A stretch of DNA of 64,000 bases. It comes from Amphiscolops sp. MND2022 (taxonomy: Eukaryota). This document shows, in pieces, positions 13,601 to 23,449 of the stretch. Each line of letters begins with the position of its first letter. The stretch's first letter is position 1. The notes beneath the pieces were generated by a model. The model saw only the letters and a list, made by a program, of their open reading frames with translations. It had not been told where the DNA came from and did not search any database. Location of the stretch: contig OZ076409.1 of NCBI GenBank assembly GCA_964187785.1, forward strand, positions 47,928,001-47,992,000, written 5' to 3'. A program made the position numbers and the translations under genes.

Positions 13601-15033
13601 CGAGGAAGGGTTAGATCTGATCTTTTCTCCTTTAAGTCACATGGGAATATAGATCAATTTTCTTCATCTGATCGGTAGGGTCCAGTTTTACCACAGGGTT
13701 GATGATAGTCTTGTTCCAGGTGCAGAGCTTTGAGTGGTCGGTGATATGCGACGAATTCTTCGTCGTCAAACTGGAATTCTTCAGTAGGATCGTCAACGAT
13801 TGTAAGTATAATCTGTCGCAGCCTTAGTGAGGGTCTATCATCCTGAATTGGACAACAGTTTTGTTTTCAGTCGTCACCAGTTTCTCAGTCAATTTACAGT
13901 ATCGACGCGATTCATCCTTCTACTTGTGTGGAGAAGTAAGCCGATTTCTCAGCCTGCTCTGTTCCCGTATATACACCCCTGACACTGCACCCCTAGCAAA
14001 CGCTTGGTTTCTCCTCTTGCGCTTTCAGACGAGTGAGGCCACTTTCCTTTCAGGAGACGAGTACCTTGTCCGGCTCAAGCTAGCGAGTAAGGTTTCAGCC
14101 GCATGTAAAGCAAGAGCCGAAGGTCTTCATTTTGGCAAGAAGTCAGAGCGCGCTGCCATACAAGCTACTGCTGAGACGGTAAAGGCTGATTTCGTCAAGG
14201 ATAGCCAGCATTACATCCAGTTTGTAATCAATGGGGTCCATCAAAGAACTGGGCTCAGCACTAATCTGGTGAAGGGGCTTGCTGCCTTTGATCCCTTTAT
14301 TATGCTGAAGAGGCCAATGGATGTAGCCTTACGACATTTCGAGGTGTTGTACAGTAGCTTCGCAGTCCGATCTTGGGTGGACGATTCAAATGAGTCCCAG
14401 TGTCGGGATCAATATATCCAGCTATTGGATCACCTCCGAACCGCTTACGGACCTGATTTCGACATTACCAGTACGTCTGCCGATTTGATCGAGTTCCTGA
14501 TGGGGCTCGAGTTTCTCCATGAACGTTCCCATCTCTTATACCTCTTCAAATTGAGCTGTTTGTGTACGACCGTCACCAGTCCCAGCTATCCAGATGTCGT
14601 CTTTGGGGGAGTCACTACAGCTGGTGGACAGAGCCGGTTCACTGACCTTATCCTGCCTTGTCAGAGCTATATGGCTAATGTCATTGGTTCTGTTGTCCGG
14701 AGCAGCGAGGACTCCAATCTGGCCAAATTTTCGACTCTCTCCACATCGTTTGGTCGTTCTGCCTTCTCTTCCGAGTATGATTCTTGGGCCTATGTGGATA
14801 CTTTCGGTCGGTCGGGAATTTACAAATCCCTCTTGTCTACTTACCGCAAGGCTGAGTCTGCTCCAAAACGGGTTTCAGTCCAGGAAGATTTGGGAGAGAG
14901 TAGTACAGTGTGTGATCAGTCTGCTGTGAAGTTTCCCAGTAGTAAAAAGCGAAGGAGAGGTAGGAGCGGCTCACGATCGTCTGCTTCCTCTGTTGCTGGG
15001 AGCCCCAGTAAAGATTCCTCCACTAAGGCCTGA
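10644..15033 (+). CDS. Antisense spliced gene of element A: BED/C2H2 zinc-finger, hAT-transposase-like protein (~1278 aa). Predicted exons 10644-10659, 10861-12815, 12885-13370, 13475-13609, 13720-13801, 13871-15033
   Basis: All five introns are GT-AG and phase compatible (3837 nt, one frame); WCHICKKNFSIKSKGPYEILRHHRTERH finger; FALEFET, SVNLQ and LLYLFKLSCL segments resemble hAT core and dimerization regions; the first micro-exon is least certain. Confidence 0.85.
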
Positions 15034-15272
15034 TTATGTACATATGTATTTATGTACTTATGGACTGTAAACTTTGTTAATTTCTTTGTTGTATTTATTC
15101 TTTCGTTTGCCCTTGATTTCAGTTTCCTCATTGTTTGTATCTTTCACCCCCGTATTTATTTTGAGAGGGGTCCTTCGTTCGTCCCATTATTTATTCAAAG
15201 ATACCAGAGGGACTAAAAAAAACAGAAAAAGATAATAAGAAAGAACTCCCATTTTCGGGAAGAATTCAATCT

Positions 15273-18200
15273 TTAGTATCTGAAGTCTTCTGAGTAGTTT
15301 GGGTTAGGGTTAGGCCTGAGATTATATTTCCCTCCTCTAGGGCTCAGACTTTCATTTCTAGCATCGTTTTCGGATATTTCGGGCACGATAATATCATCCC
15401 CCCTATTTGGAGAATTTTGTGCATCGCTTTCATTCGATGGATTTCTTTCTGGAAAATTTTCATCGTCGTTTGTTCCATTTGCCATATCCGGCGAAGATTT
15501 TTCTTGGGTTTTTGGGGAGACGGCCGGATTCGGCCAATCAAATACTTCATTTCTAATAGCTTCAGTAGCTTCATTTCTTTTAGTGACGTCATCAATTAGT
15601 CGTTCATTCCGTCTATGCGACGCGCGGTCAGTGAGATTTGATTCGTCACTCGTGATTACATAATCAACTTCATTCTCGCTTGCGTCACTCGCATTCGTGT
15701 CCGCCGTACTCGGCTGTCCGTCATTCGTCAAGCTGGCCGGAATAGGCTCGCTGCCTCGTGTGTCTAGCTGTTCGCCAAAGTTTGTTTCCCACGTTATTAC
15801 ATACAAGTCGTCTTGCGGAATGATTATTTCGTCATCCGGCTGTAGACGCTGTTCTCGGAAATTGTCTTCAAGTGGCTGATTTGGAACAAACTTTTTGAGA
15901 CGAATTCGATGCAATATCTGCGTTTTATTTGTGTTAAGCCTGCGGACAATGTAATTCTCATTAGGTAAGGTCTTCTGGACTATAAACGGTCCAACCCGCC
16001 GATAATCCCTGAATGGAATTTTTGATCCTTGATGATCCGCTTTCGGCTGTAATACAAAACAGTAATCGCCCTCTTTGAGTGGGGCGGCTTTTGCTTTTCG
16101 GTCGTAATACTCCTTATATTTGATATATGACTGCATGATGTTCTGCTTTGTTTTGTCAATAAGGAGTTTGGTCCGGTTCTGGATTTCTTCGGCAAATTCA
16201 GTAGTCGGATGGATTGGCTCATTTGGATTCATTCCAAGTTTGTGATCCAATATGTTGTATGGGATTCTCCCATGGAACACTCTTGTGGGTTCGCATCCGA
16301 TACTGGCATGATAACTAGTGTTATGATTGAGAACTGCTAGAGGCAAATATTTATGCCATTGTCGGCGATATTCCCCACATGCCATTTTCAGGTTCGTTTT
16401 CAATGAGGCATGCGTTCGCTCTAATTTCCCGATAGTTTGCGGGTGTTTCGTCGTTGCACATTTTAGGGTAATGCCTAAAATCTGTGTAATTTCCGCAATG
16501 ATTGTGGAGGTAAAGGCAGTTCCTTTGTCCGTAATGAGCGTCGTCGGTAGGTAAGAATGTTTGGTCATAATATCAATGATTGCTTTAGCTACATTGATCG
16601 CTGATGCGTCCGTAAGAGGATAAGCAAACAAGTATCGAGAGAAGACATCAATTGCAGTTAAAACATTTTCGTATCCTCCACTTGGGGGAAGATTCGGCAA
16701 TAAGTCGATTTGCATGGCGTCTTCGGGTCCAAGGTCCCATTCCGGCAAGTTAAGTAGTTCAGGCGTGATTGTTGCGTTTGGGACTCGTTTGTCCTTTGCA
16801 CATTGTTCACACCCTTCTACCCACTTTTTGACATGTTTTGCCATGTTAGGGTAATAATACTTTTGTCTGATTTCCTGCAACATTTTTGAAATCCCGGGAT
16901 GTTTATGCGCTGTCCCATGAAGGGAGTGGAGCACTTCCCGAAGTAGGTGTTGCGGGAGCAAAATTTGATGGTATTTAACATTCCCTGTTTCATCAAAATA
17001 TTGCCTTGTCAGGATTTCGTCTTTGAGTACGATTCGCTCCAGATTATTTGCATAGTGTCTATATCGAGCATCTTGTTGCAGTATGTTTTCTGAATAGTCT
17101 TCATGAAGGAGTTTCGCCTTCAATTGTTGTAATACTGTATCTTTGGATTGCTCAATGATGATCTGGTTCATTTTCCTCAATCGGACTTGTACATCGGGGT
17201 GTTGCTTGATCAGATTTGTTGACAAAGTTTGTATAGTAACGGTGGGCTCATCAATTGCTGGGTTTTTCCTGATTGCTTCTTTCCTTGCCCAAGCCTGTTC
17301 CTCTGTCTCATCGTCGTCATTGGTGTAGAAGATTTGTTCTTCTTGCGACACCCCTGCGGATTGGACATTGATTTCAATTGGTAAAGTTTGTACATCCTCA
17401 CGGATTTTCATGACTAATTTATCCTTCGGGTCTGCCTCCAATCGGGACAAATAGTCGGCTGCTGTGTTCTGTGCCCCCGGGATGTGTGCTATGACAAAAT
17501 TGAACTGAATCACATAATCACATGCATTCCACAGGGCTGGGGGTATTATTTTCGTTTGGAAAAATCTCGTGACCGCTTTGTTGTCCGTAAGGATGATGAC
17601 CGGTTTCGGCGCACCCCAGAATATATGTCCGAATTCTTTGAATGCAAAGTAAATTGCAAGGAATTCTTTTGCATAAATTGACATCTTTATCTGGGCTGGG
17701 GTGAAAATTTTTGATCCGTATGCGACTGGTGCATACGATTTTCTGAGTGACGTGAATTTCTGGTTCGGGTCATCTTCGATTAAGACCGCGTATCCGGCTG
17801 CACCAAAACTTGCATCAGTCATTAGTGCTATTTGTTTGTTCGGAATGGGTTGTTGTAGTGCCAAGTCGCAACATTTGTCAAGTGCTTTGTTGATTTCCTC
17901 GAATTGTTGGACCAATTCTTTCGATACCAGGACCTTTTCGTCGCTCTTTAGCATCTTGTAGAATGGGGCAAGGCGTTCTGAAAGTCTTGGGACATAATTT
18001 CTGTAGTAATTCAAGAATCCCAAGTAGCGCTGCAAAGCCTTTTTCGACTTTGGGAACTTGGTCTTTTCCAGAAAGTTTTGCACGTTTTGTTTCTGGGGTT
18101 TGACGCCTTGCGGGGTAATAGTCCGTCCGAGAAAATCAATTTCTTTGGCACCAAAGTGACATTTATGCATTGTCAATTTAAGGCCTGCTTCCTGAATGCA

Positions 18201-20483
18201 TTTGAATGTAGCCCTCAGGTTAGCTATGAGGTGGTCAGCATCATTTGCTGCGATGCCTATATCGTCCACGTACTGGGCACACTGATCCGCTTTGATGACT
18301 TTGTCCAGGTATTCTCTCATAAAACTCGAGAATGCGGATAGTGACCGGCTAAGGCCTTGTGCCAGACGTCTGTAGGCGAATGTGCGACTGGCGAAATTGA
18401 AAGCCAACATTTCAATTGAACGTTGGTCGGCCATTGGTAGACAATGGTATGCCTGCGAACAGTCTAATTTACAGAATAGTTTTTTGCCTGCCAAGTGTTG
18501 GGCAGCATCAACCAAGGTGCTTACAGGGTGATTATTGTTTATATAATCATCCGAGATGAGGTTGTTGATTTTTCGCAGGTCAACCAAAAGTCGTAGCTTT
18601 CCATTTGGTTTCTTTTGGGCGAATATTGGGCTTGCATACTTTGAGAACGGGAGAGTGGTGATGATGCCGTATTTGTGTAACATGGCTAATTCAACTAGGA
18701 TGTCCTCCTTCAAATTGATAGGAGCTGGAAGACTTTGACTATAGGCTGGGGAATCGTCCTTAGGTGTCAGTTTCACTTTGAAGTCCTCGTTCATGCCTAT
18801 ATCGAATCGGTGTCGTGCAAAGATGTCATGAAATTCCACTAACAATTCCTCTATTTTCTCCTTCTCTTCAGGAGTAAGGGTGGAATCTTTCCAGTCAAAG
18901 TTTTCTAAGAATTTTGCACGTGATTCTTCGTCCTTTGTGGGGTCAAGAGTCTCTAGGTCTTGTAGGGCCTGTAATTCTTGAAGGATTCGTTTTTGTATGG
19001 GTGTGTGTTCCTCAGGATTTCCAGGGTTTTCTGGAGTTGGGAACCAGTAATTTTCAGTGTTTTGTGGATTTCTGTTTGTCTTGATCAGGCTACTGACGTA
19101 ATGGGCTGCTTGTTCTTGGTCGTTTTGCAACAAATGCCAGGTTGATGCCGGGTCTACCGGTTTGACGTATTTCATTTGCTCTGGCGTCATGACAGAGAAA
19201 TTGGCAATGTGTAATCCCTTTTTGAGTTTATAGGGGTGGTCTGTGAAATTATTCACAGGTATCAATATGTTGCCATCATTCAGAGTGACCAAGGCTGGGC
19301 AAAAGGTGATGTCGCCTTCTTCATGTAGAAGGTCGCTCGGTTGTAAAATCCCAGTGACAGCGTTTTCGGGATACAGTAGGGAATTGGTCCTAATTAGGAC
19401 TCTGTCGTTTGGCGGAATGGTTATTTCAGTGGGGTTGAGAATTGGTTCTAGTACATTTGAATATTTATGATCAGCTGTTTTGAGCTGCATTGAAAAGAAT
19501 GGGAAGTTCAGGATTCCTTGCCTCATGTCCAGAACTGTATGATTTCGCTGGAGGAACATTAGTCCTATGATTGGTCCTGTCAGATGTTCCATTACTATGA
19601 AGATTTCATGGAACTCAATGTCACCAACTTCGAATTTGAGCTCTATGGTACTTTTAAGAGTTTCCAGTTGCCCATTAGCGACCATGATTTGGAAGTTCGG
19701 AGGCGGACCCTCTCGGATAACTGATTGTGGTGAAAGGAGTCTAATTTTCCGGAGGTCCATTTCGGGGATTGCACTGGATAAGGCACCAGTGTCGATAAGT
19801 CCATCAATGGTCAATTCCCCAAAGTCCATGGGGAAATATAGCATGCGTTTCTTGCATTTCAAGTTTATGTTGGTTGACAGGGGTATACAGTCTGGTTCAC
19901 CTCTGGTAATGAGGATGTTTTGGAACTGACTTTCGTCAAGTAGTGACTGTGGTATTGTTTCTTCTGGTTTGTCTGAGGTCTCGGTCCCTAAGGGGTTTGG
20001 GAACACCGGATGGCTTGTACCATCGTTCATCTGCCATGTTTCAATCAATGCTCTGGTTTTCTTGTTGTGGGTGATTGGTGGGTTGTCATGGATTGATCTA
20101 TTATAGAGTTCGATATCATCGATAACGTATTGGAATTGTAACAAATCCTGGTTGTAAAGTTCGGTATCCCAATAGGGATCTCGTCCATAGTCAGGATCGA
20201 TGTAGGTAGGGTTGTAGTTGTCTATCAAGGGAATGGGCCTGAATCGGCTATTGAAAGCGGATGTGTAATCAGGGTCCCATACGGGAATTGGTTTTTGGAA
20301 CAAGTGGGTATTATTGTAAGTAATAATGGTAGCTTTTTCCATTTGTTGCTGCCAGACAACAGAAGGATAGCCCATCAATTGTTGATTGTATTGGTGGAAA
20401 ATTTGCGTTGGAGGGTCCGATCTGATGTATTGTCGGACAGATATTAGTTGGTTGTATTGGAGTCGTGGCGAAGTTAGTTTTTT
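15273..20483 (-). CDS. pol: Pol polyprotein of element A (protease, RT, RNase H, integrase), reached by -1 frameshift
   Basis: LIDTGALSS protease; YVDD RT; TDAS RNase H; HHCC and DDE integrase; the frame is open from the slippery site to 15273. Confidence 0.97.
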   Translation of the reverse strand, partial: KKLTSPRLQYNQLISVRQYIRSDPPTQIFHQYNQQLMGYPSVVWQQQMEKATIITYNNTHLFQKPIPVWDPDYTSAFNSRFRPIPLIDNYNPTYIDPDYGRDPYWDTELYNQDLLQFQYVIDDIELYNRSIHDNPPITHNKKTRALIETWQMNDGTSHPVFPNPLGTETSDKPEETIPQSLLDESQFQNILITRGEPDCIPLSTNINLKCKKRMLYFPMDFGELTIDGLIDTGALSSAIPEMDLRKIRLLSPQSVIREGPPPNFQIMVANGQLETLKSTIELKFEVGDIEFHEIFIVMEHLTGPIIGLMFLQRNHTVLDMRQGILNFPFFSMQLKTADHKYSNVLEPILNPTEITIPPNDRVLIRTNSLLYPENAVTGILQPSDLLHEEGDITFCPALVTLNDGNILIPVNNFTDHPYKLKKGLHIANFSVMTPEQMKYVKPVDPASTWHLLQNDQEQAAHYVSSLIKTNRNPQNTENYWFPTPENPGNPEEHTPIQKRILQELQALQDLETLDPTKDEESRAKFLENFDWKDSTLTPEEKEKIEELLVEFHDIFARHRFDIGMNEDFKVKLTPKDDSPAYSQSLPAPINLKEDILVELAMLHKYGIITTLPFSKYASPIFAQKKPNGKLRLLVDLRKINNLISDDYINNNHPVSTLVDAAQHLAGKKLFCKLDCSQAYHCLPMADQRSIEMLAFNFASRTFAYRRLAQGLSRSLSAFSSFMREYLDKVIKADQCAQYVDDIGIAANDADHLIANLRATFKCIQEAGLKLTMHKCHFGAKEIDFLGRTITPQGVKPQKQNVQNFLEKTKFPKSKKALQRYLGFLNYYRNYVPRLSERLAPFYKMLKSDEKVLVSKELVQQFEEINKALDKCCDLALQQPIPNKQIALMTDASFGAAGYAVLIEDDPNQKFTSLRKSYAPVAYGSKIFTPAQIKMSIYAKEFLAIYFAFKEFGHIFWGAPKPVIILTDNKAVTRFFQTKIIPPALWNACDYVIQFNFVIAHIPGAQNTAADYLSRLEADPKDKLVMKIREDVQTLPIEINVQSAGVSQEEQIFYTNDDDETEEQAWARKEAIRKNPAIDEPTVTIQTLSTNLIKQHPDVQVRLRKMNQIIIEQSKDTVLQQLKAKLLHEDYSENILQQDARYRHYANNLERIVLKDEILTRQYFDETGNVKYHQILLPQHLLREVLHSLHGTAHKHPGISKMLQEIRQKYYYPNMAKHVKKWVEGCEQCAKDKRVPNATITPELLNLPEWDLGPEDAMQIDLLPNLPPSGGYENVLTAIDVFSRYLFAYPLTDASAINVAKAIIDIMTKHSYLPTTLITDKGTAFTSTIIAEITQILGITLKCATTKHPQTIGKLERTHASLKTNLKMACGEYRRQWHKYLPLAVLNHNTSYHASIGCEPTRVFHGRIPYNILDHKLGMNPNEPIHPTTEFAEEIQNRTKLLIDKTKQNIMQSYIKYKEYYDRKAKAAPLKEGDYCFVLQPKADHQGSKIPFRDYRRVGPFIVQKTLPNENYIVRRLNTNKTQILHRIRLKKFVPNQPLEDNFREQRLQPDDEIIIPQDDLYVITWETNFGEQLDTRGSEPIPASLTNDGQPSTADTNASDASENEVDYVITSDESNLTDRASHRRNERLIDDVTKRNEATEAIRNEVFDWPNPAVSPKTQEKSSPDMANGTNDDENFPERNPSNESDAQNSPNRGDDIIVPEISENDARNESLSPRGGKYNLRPNPNPNYSEDFRY

Positions 20484-22195
20484 GACTCATCATTGGAAGA
20501 TGAGGTTTGTGAGTTGGAATTTGTTGATTTGTTTTGTGGTTTCTGCGCCTTTGGATTGGGTTTACCGTCATTGGCGTCATCTGGTCTGGTGCGTTTGGGT
20601 TTGAGATGTGCACCAGCACCTTGCCAACATCTTTCTTCTGGGTGGTTCTTTTTACCACAGGTGCCACACTCCGGGTACGTCTTTTTCTGAGTCTGTTTGC
20701 CTTGTTGGGCATCTTTTTCTTTTTTCTTCTTCAATTTCTCGCAATCTTTGACCATATGGCCCTTTTCTTTGCAATAATTGCACGTTATATCACTCATCTG
20801 TACGTTGGAAGGAACAGTTTTTGTCTTACCAATCGAAGATGTCATTGATGCTATGGGCAGGTCGTCAGACTCTTCAAGTGCATTCAGTTCCAGTTCTCGT
20901 TCTAGATGAGCGACAATTTCATCGTAAGAGCCATTCTCTAGTCTAGCCATGTTGACTGATCTTTTGAGCTTTGGTGGCAGTTTTGCGTATAGGAGACTGT
21001 CGATCATCTTTTGGGCATTGTCTCCAAAGGCTTTTTCTGCTCCTTGGTTAAGCTCTTCAAGGAAGTCTGGCAATTTGGTCGTGTTAGGGTCAAAGACTAG
21101 GCGATGCCATTTGTGTTTTGCCGTTGCCTGAGATTCAGGTTTGACGTACTTTCGTCTGAAAATGACAAGTACATCTTCAAGAGTTTGTCTATTGGCGTTG
21201 CTGATGTTTCTGAATGTTTGGAGTGCATTCTTTCGCAGCAAGGAATGGAAGTGATTGATTTTCATTTGTTCGGTCATCTCAGGCTGCATCTTGATCATCG
21301 TATGGAATAAATCCTCAAACAGCTCGAACTTCTCACTTTTTCCGTCGAATGTCATTGTGTTGGAGTTGACTGGGCGGATAGTGAGTTGTTGGGCCGTTGG
21401 ACGGTTCTGCATACTAGTCAAAACATCTGCTAGCCTGTTGATGGGGTCTTGTTCTGATGCCAGAGCGGGTCGTTCTTGTGCTGGGATCGTCGTGTCGAGC
21501 AGCGGAAGGTCATCACAGGATCTGTTGAGATGAGTAGTGGATGGCATTCGTCCTGTGAGAAACTCAGGAACTTCAATTGGAGATTCGTTTTCTCCTGTCA
21601 CCATGTCGTAAGCACGAGTGTCTGAGGATGTGAATCCATCCCTCTCACGATTACCAAGTGTCTTACTCTTCGAATTGTTTCTAGAGTCTGAATTACGCAG
21701 AACTTCAGAATATCCTTCCGGTCTCTCGGACGGAACGTTCCATCTCTCTTTGGTCATATGTCCGGAATCGGCCATAAGGGCATTTTGAATCTGGGGAAGA
21801 ACTTGATTGCTAATTGCCTCACTTATAGCTCTTTGAATCTGCACACTGACGCTGTTCATCATCTCATCCATCTCCCGAGATATACGGGAATTCAACTCAC
21901 TCGACAATCTGTTGATCTCGGCGTTAGAACTACCTCTAGCTGAGTTCTGGCCTAGTTCGGCATTTGGACTAGGTCCATTGTTCTCAGAGTTAGATAACCT
22001 ATTTTCATCCTCATTTTCAAATTCGTCGCCAAAAGGACTACCGGGTCTTCTGGCCTGGTTACTATTTAGACTATCACTTCTTTCGTTTCTATTGTAATGA
22101 TTTCCTCCAAGCATTATGTCTAAATTCTCAATATCTGACAACATTTCTGCCTCTCTTGATTTTCTCGCTTTCTTTTGTTTCCTTGTGGTAGGCAT
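20474..22195 (-). CDS. gag: Gag of element A (573 aa), initiating inside the 5' LTR
   Basis: Capsid-like region; two CCHC knuckles CNYCKEKGHMVKDC and CGTCGKKNHPEERC. Confidence 0.93.
   Translation of the reverse strand: MPTTRKQKKARKSREAEMLSDIENLDIMLGGNHYNRNERSDSLNSNQARRPGSPFGDEFENEDENRLSNSENNGPSPNAELGQNSARGSSNAEINRLSSELNSRISREMDEMMNSVSVQIQRAISEAISNQVLPQIQNALMADSGHMTKERWNVPSERPEGYSEVLRNSDSRNNSKSKTLGNRERDGFTSSDTRAYDMVTGENESPIEVPEFLTGRMPSTTHLNRSCDDLPLLDTTIPAQERPALASEQDPINRLADVLTSMQNRPTAQQLTIRPVNSNTMTFDGKSEKFELFEDLFHTMIKMQPEMTEQMKINHFHSLLRKNALQTFRNISNANRQTLEDVLVIFRRKYVKPESQATAKHKWHRLVFDPNTTKLPDFLEELNQGAEKAFGDNAQKMIDSLLYAKLPPKLKRSVNMARLENGSYDEIVAHLERELELNALEESDDLPIASMTSSIGKTKTVPSNVQMSDITCNYCKEKGHMVKDCEKLKKKKEKDAQQGKQTQKKTYPECGTCGKKNHPEERCWQGAGAHLKPKRTRPDDANDGKPNPKAQKPQNKSTNSNSQTSSSNDESKN
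20477..20483 (-). promoter_or_regulatory. -1 ribosomal frameshift slippery heptamer A AAA AAC at the gag stop
   Basis: TCA AAA AAC TAA; the -1 frame (KLTSPRLQY...) is continuous with pol; same heptamer in element C. Confidence 0.85.
21590..21603 (-). promoter_or_regulatory. Primer-binding site of element A (TGGTGACAGGAG...), embedded in gag coding sequence
   Basis: TGG directly follows the LTR CA end; tRNA identity uncertain (resembles Leu-type TGGTGTCAGGAG). Confidence 0.7.
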
Positions 22196-23449
22196 TGAAA
22201 TTGAACCGGGTTGAATAATTCAATTATTAAAACCGGAAAACTGACAAACGTCGTTGTAACAAATCAATCTTTATCAAAGCAAGGTTATGGAAATTGTGTC
22301 TCCCTTTGCAGGAAAGTGACTATATATACCCCTGAAGGGTGACACTTGCATTCCACGGATTCTTTGATCAAGATAATATCATGTGGTTATGTCCTCAACA
22401 GGTCATGTGACAAATATCATTACTGCGTCGGGTATTAATACTTCAAAGCAACTATTTTAGGGTGATGTCCCGATTGGGAAAATTCCTAACATTTTACAAT
22501 CACAACTATTCATTCATCAAAGGCGGCGTCAAAATATTTACTAGCGCATCAAATGAAATTTCCGTCCATCAAAGGAACTAGTACTCATCATGAATATAAA
22601 TAACATTGCATACATTCCTTTCTGGCACGTGCCACCACGTGACCTATATTAGCTTTGCAGCAGTGTGAAGCACCTCATGTTATTAGGCCCAATACGGCCA
22701 ATTGACATGTTAATGGTTATATGCGTTGATTAACCGATTAGCCCCAAATACATGTACTGCATCACTTTCCAAAGGAACGTAACAATTCCAATGGCCGGGA
22801 ATAGCCGGCTAATTAATGGGCAAGTACTAATGAAATATGGCCTTAAGGGCCTAGCAAAAGGTTGGGTATTAAAATGAAGCATCAGTTAAGAACAAAGATC
22901 TGGCTATTATGAAAACACAAACTCAACAAACATGATTTGTTACATGTCAAGTTATCACCTTATTTCAATCTTGAACTAATGGGACGGAACCGGCCATTCG
23001 ACCAGTGTACCTAAGGAGAATATTAAAGGCGCGGTAATTGGCCTTACTCGGCCATTAATTGAATAGCATCAATAAACGAGATTGTATACTGCGATATGAT
23101 TGGTTGAGGTAACGTGCTCAAGTGACGCTGGCGGTACATTGCCGTACGTCACTTGAACTCGTTTCCTATACTGCCTTACAGTTGCTCGTTTCATTGTATT
23201 TCATATTGCTTTAAATTAGCGCCTTACAACTCTATCAGCTCGATTGAAATTTCCAATTGTTGGATTTAACAGACTAATTGTATATAAAATGAGCGTCATC
23301 AATGATCATGATACACAAAATAACAAAATGGCGTGAAAGTTTGATATCAATTGTAAGTTCTTAATAAATAGGTAAGGTTCCGGGTACGTATTCTTGACCA
23401 GCTGCCGAAGTAGTTACTGTCGTGCCGTCACAGGCGGCAGCCTGCGACA
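21604..23449 (-). repeat. 5' LTR of element A (1846 bp)
   Basis: Adjacent to the PBS; TATA-like GGGTATATATAG at about 22319-22330, ~125 nt upstream of the gag ATG. Confidence 0.97.

Larger units (their letters stand above)
7143..23449 (-). mobile_element. Ty3/Gypsy LTR retrotransposon A, full length (16.3 kb), apparently intact and recent
   Basis: Two 1846-bp near-identical LTRs with TGTCG...CGACA ends; TSD ATCAG at 7138-7142 and 23450-23454; gag plus PR-RT-RH-INT order. Confidence 0.98.

Noticed and set aside
10644..15272. Antisense gene as an ordinary nested hAT transposon insertion
   Set aside because: No TIRs or 8-bp TSD seen, catalytic residues look degenerate, and a homologue occupies the same position in divergent element C
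15301..15314. Telomere-like GGGTTAGGGTTAGG (similar at 51431-51457)
   Set aside because: It is the antisense of codons for the conserved integrase tail LRPNPNPN / LRPNPKPN
15344..22097. Many short overlapping ORFs on alternative frames and strands within gag-pol (same in elements B and C)
   Set aside because: Shadow ORFs with no motifs and no conservation between the related elements
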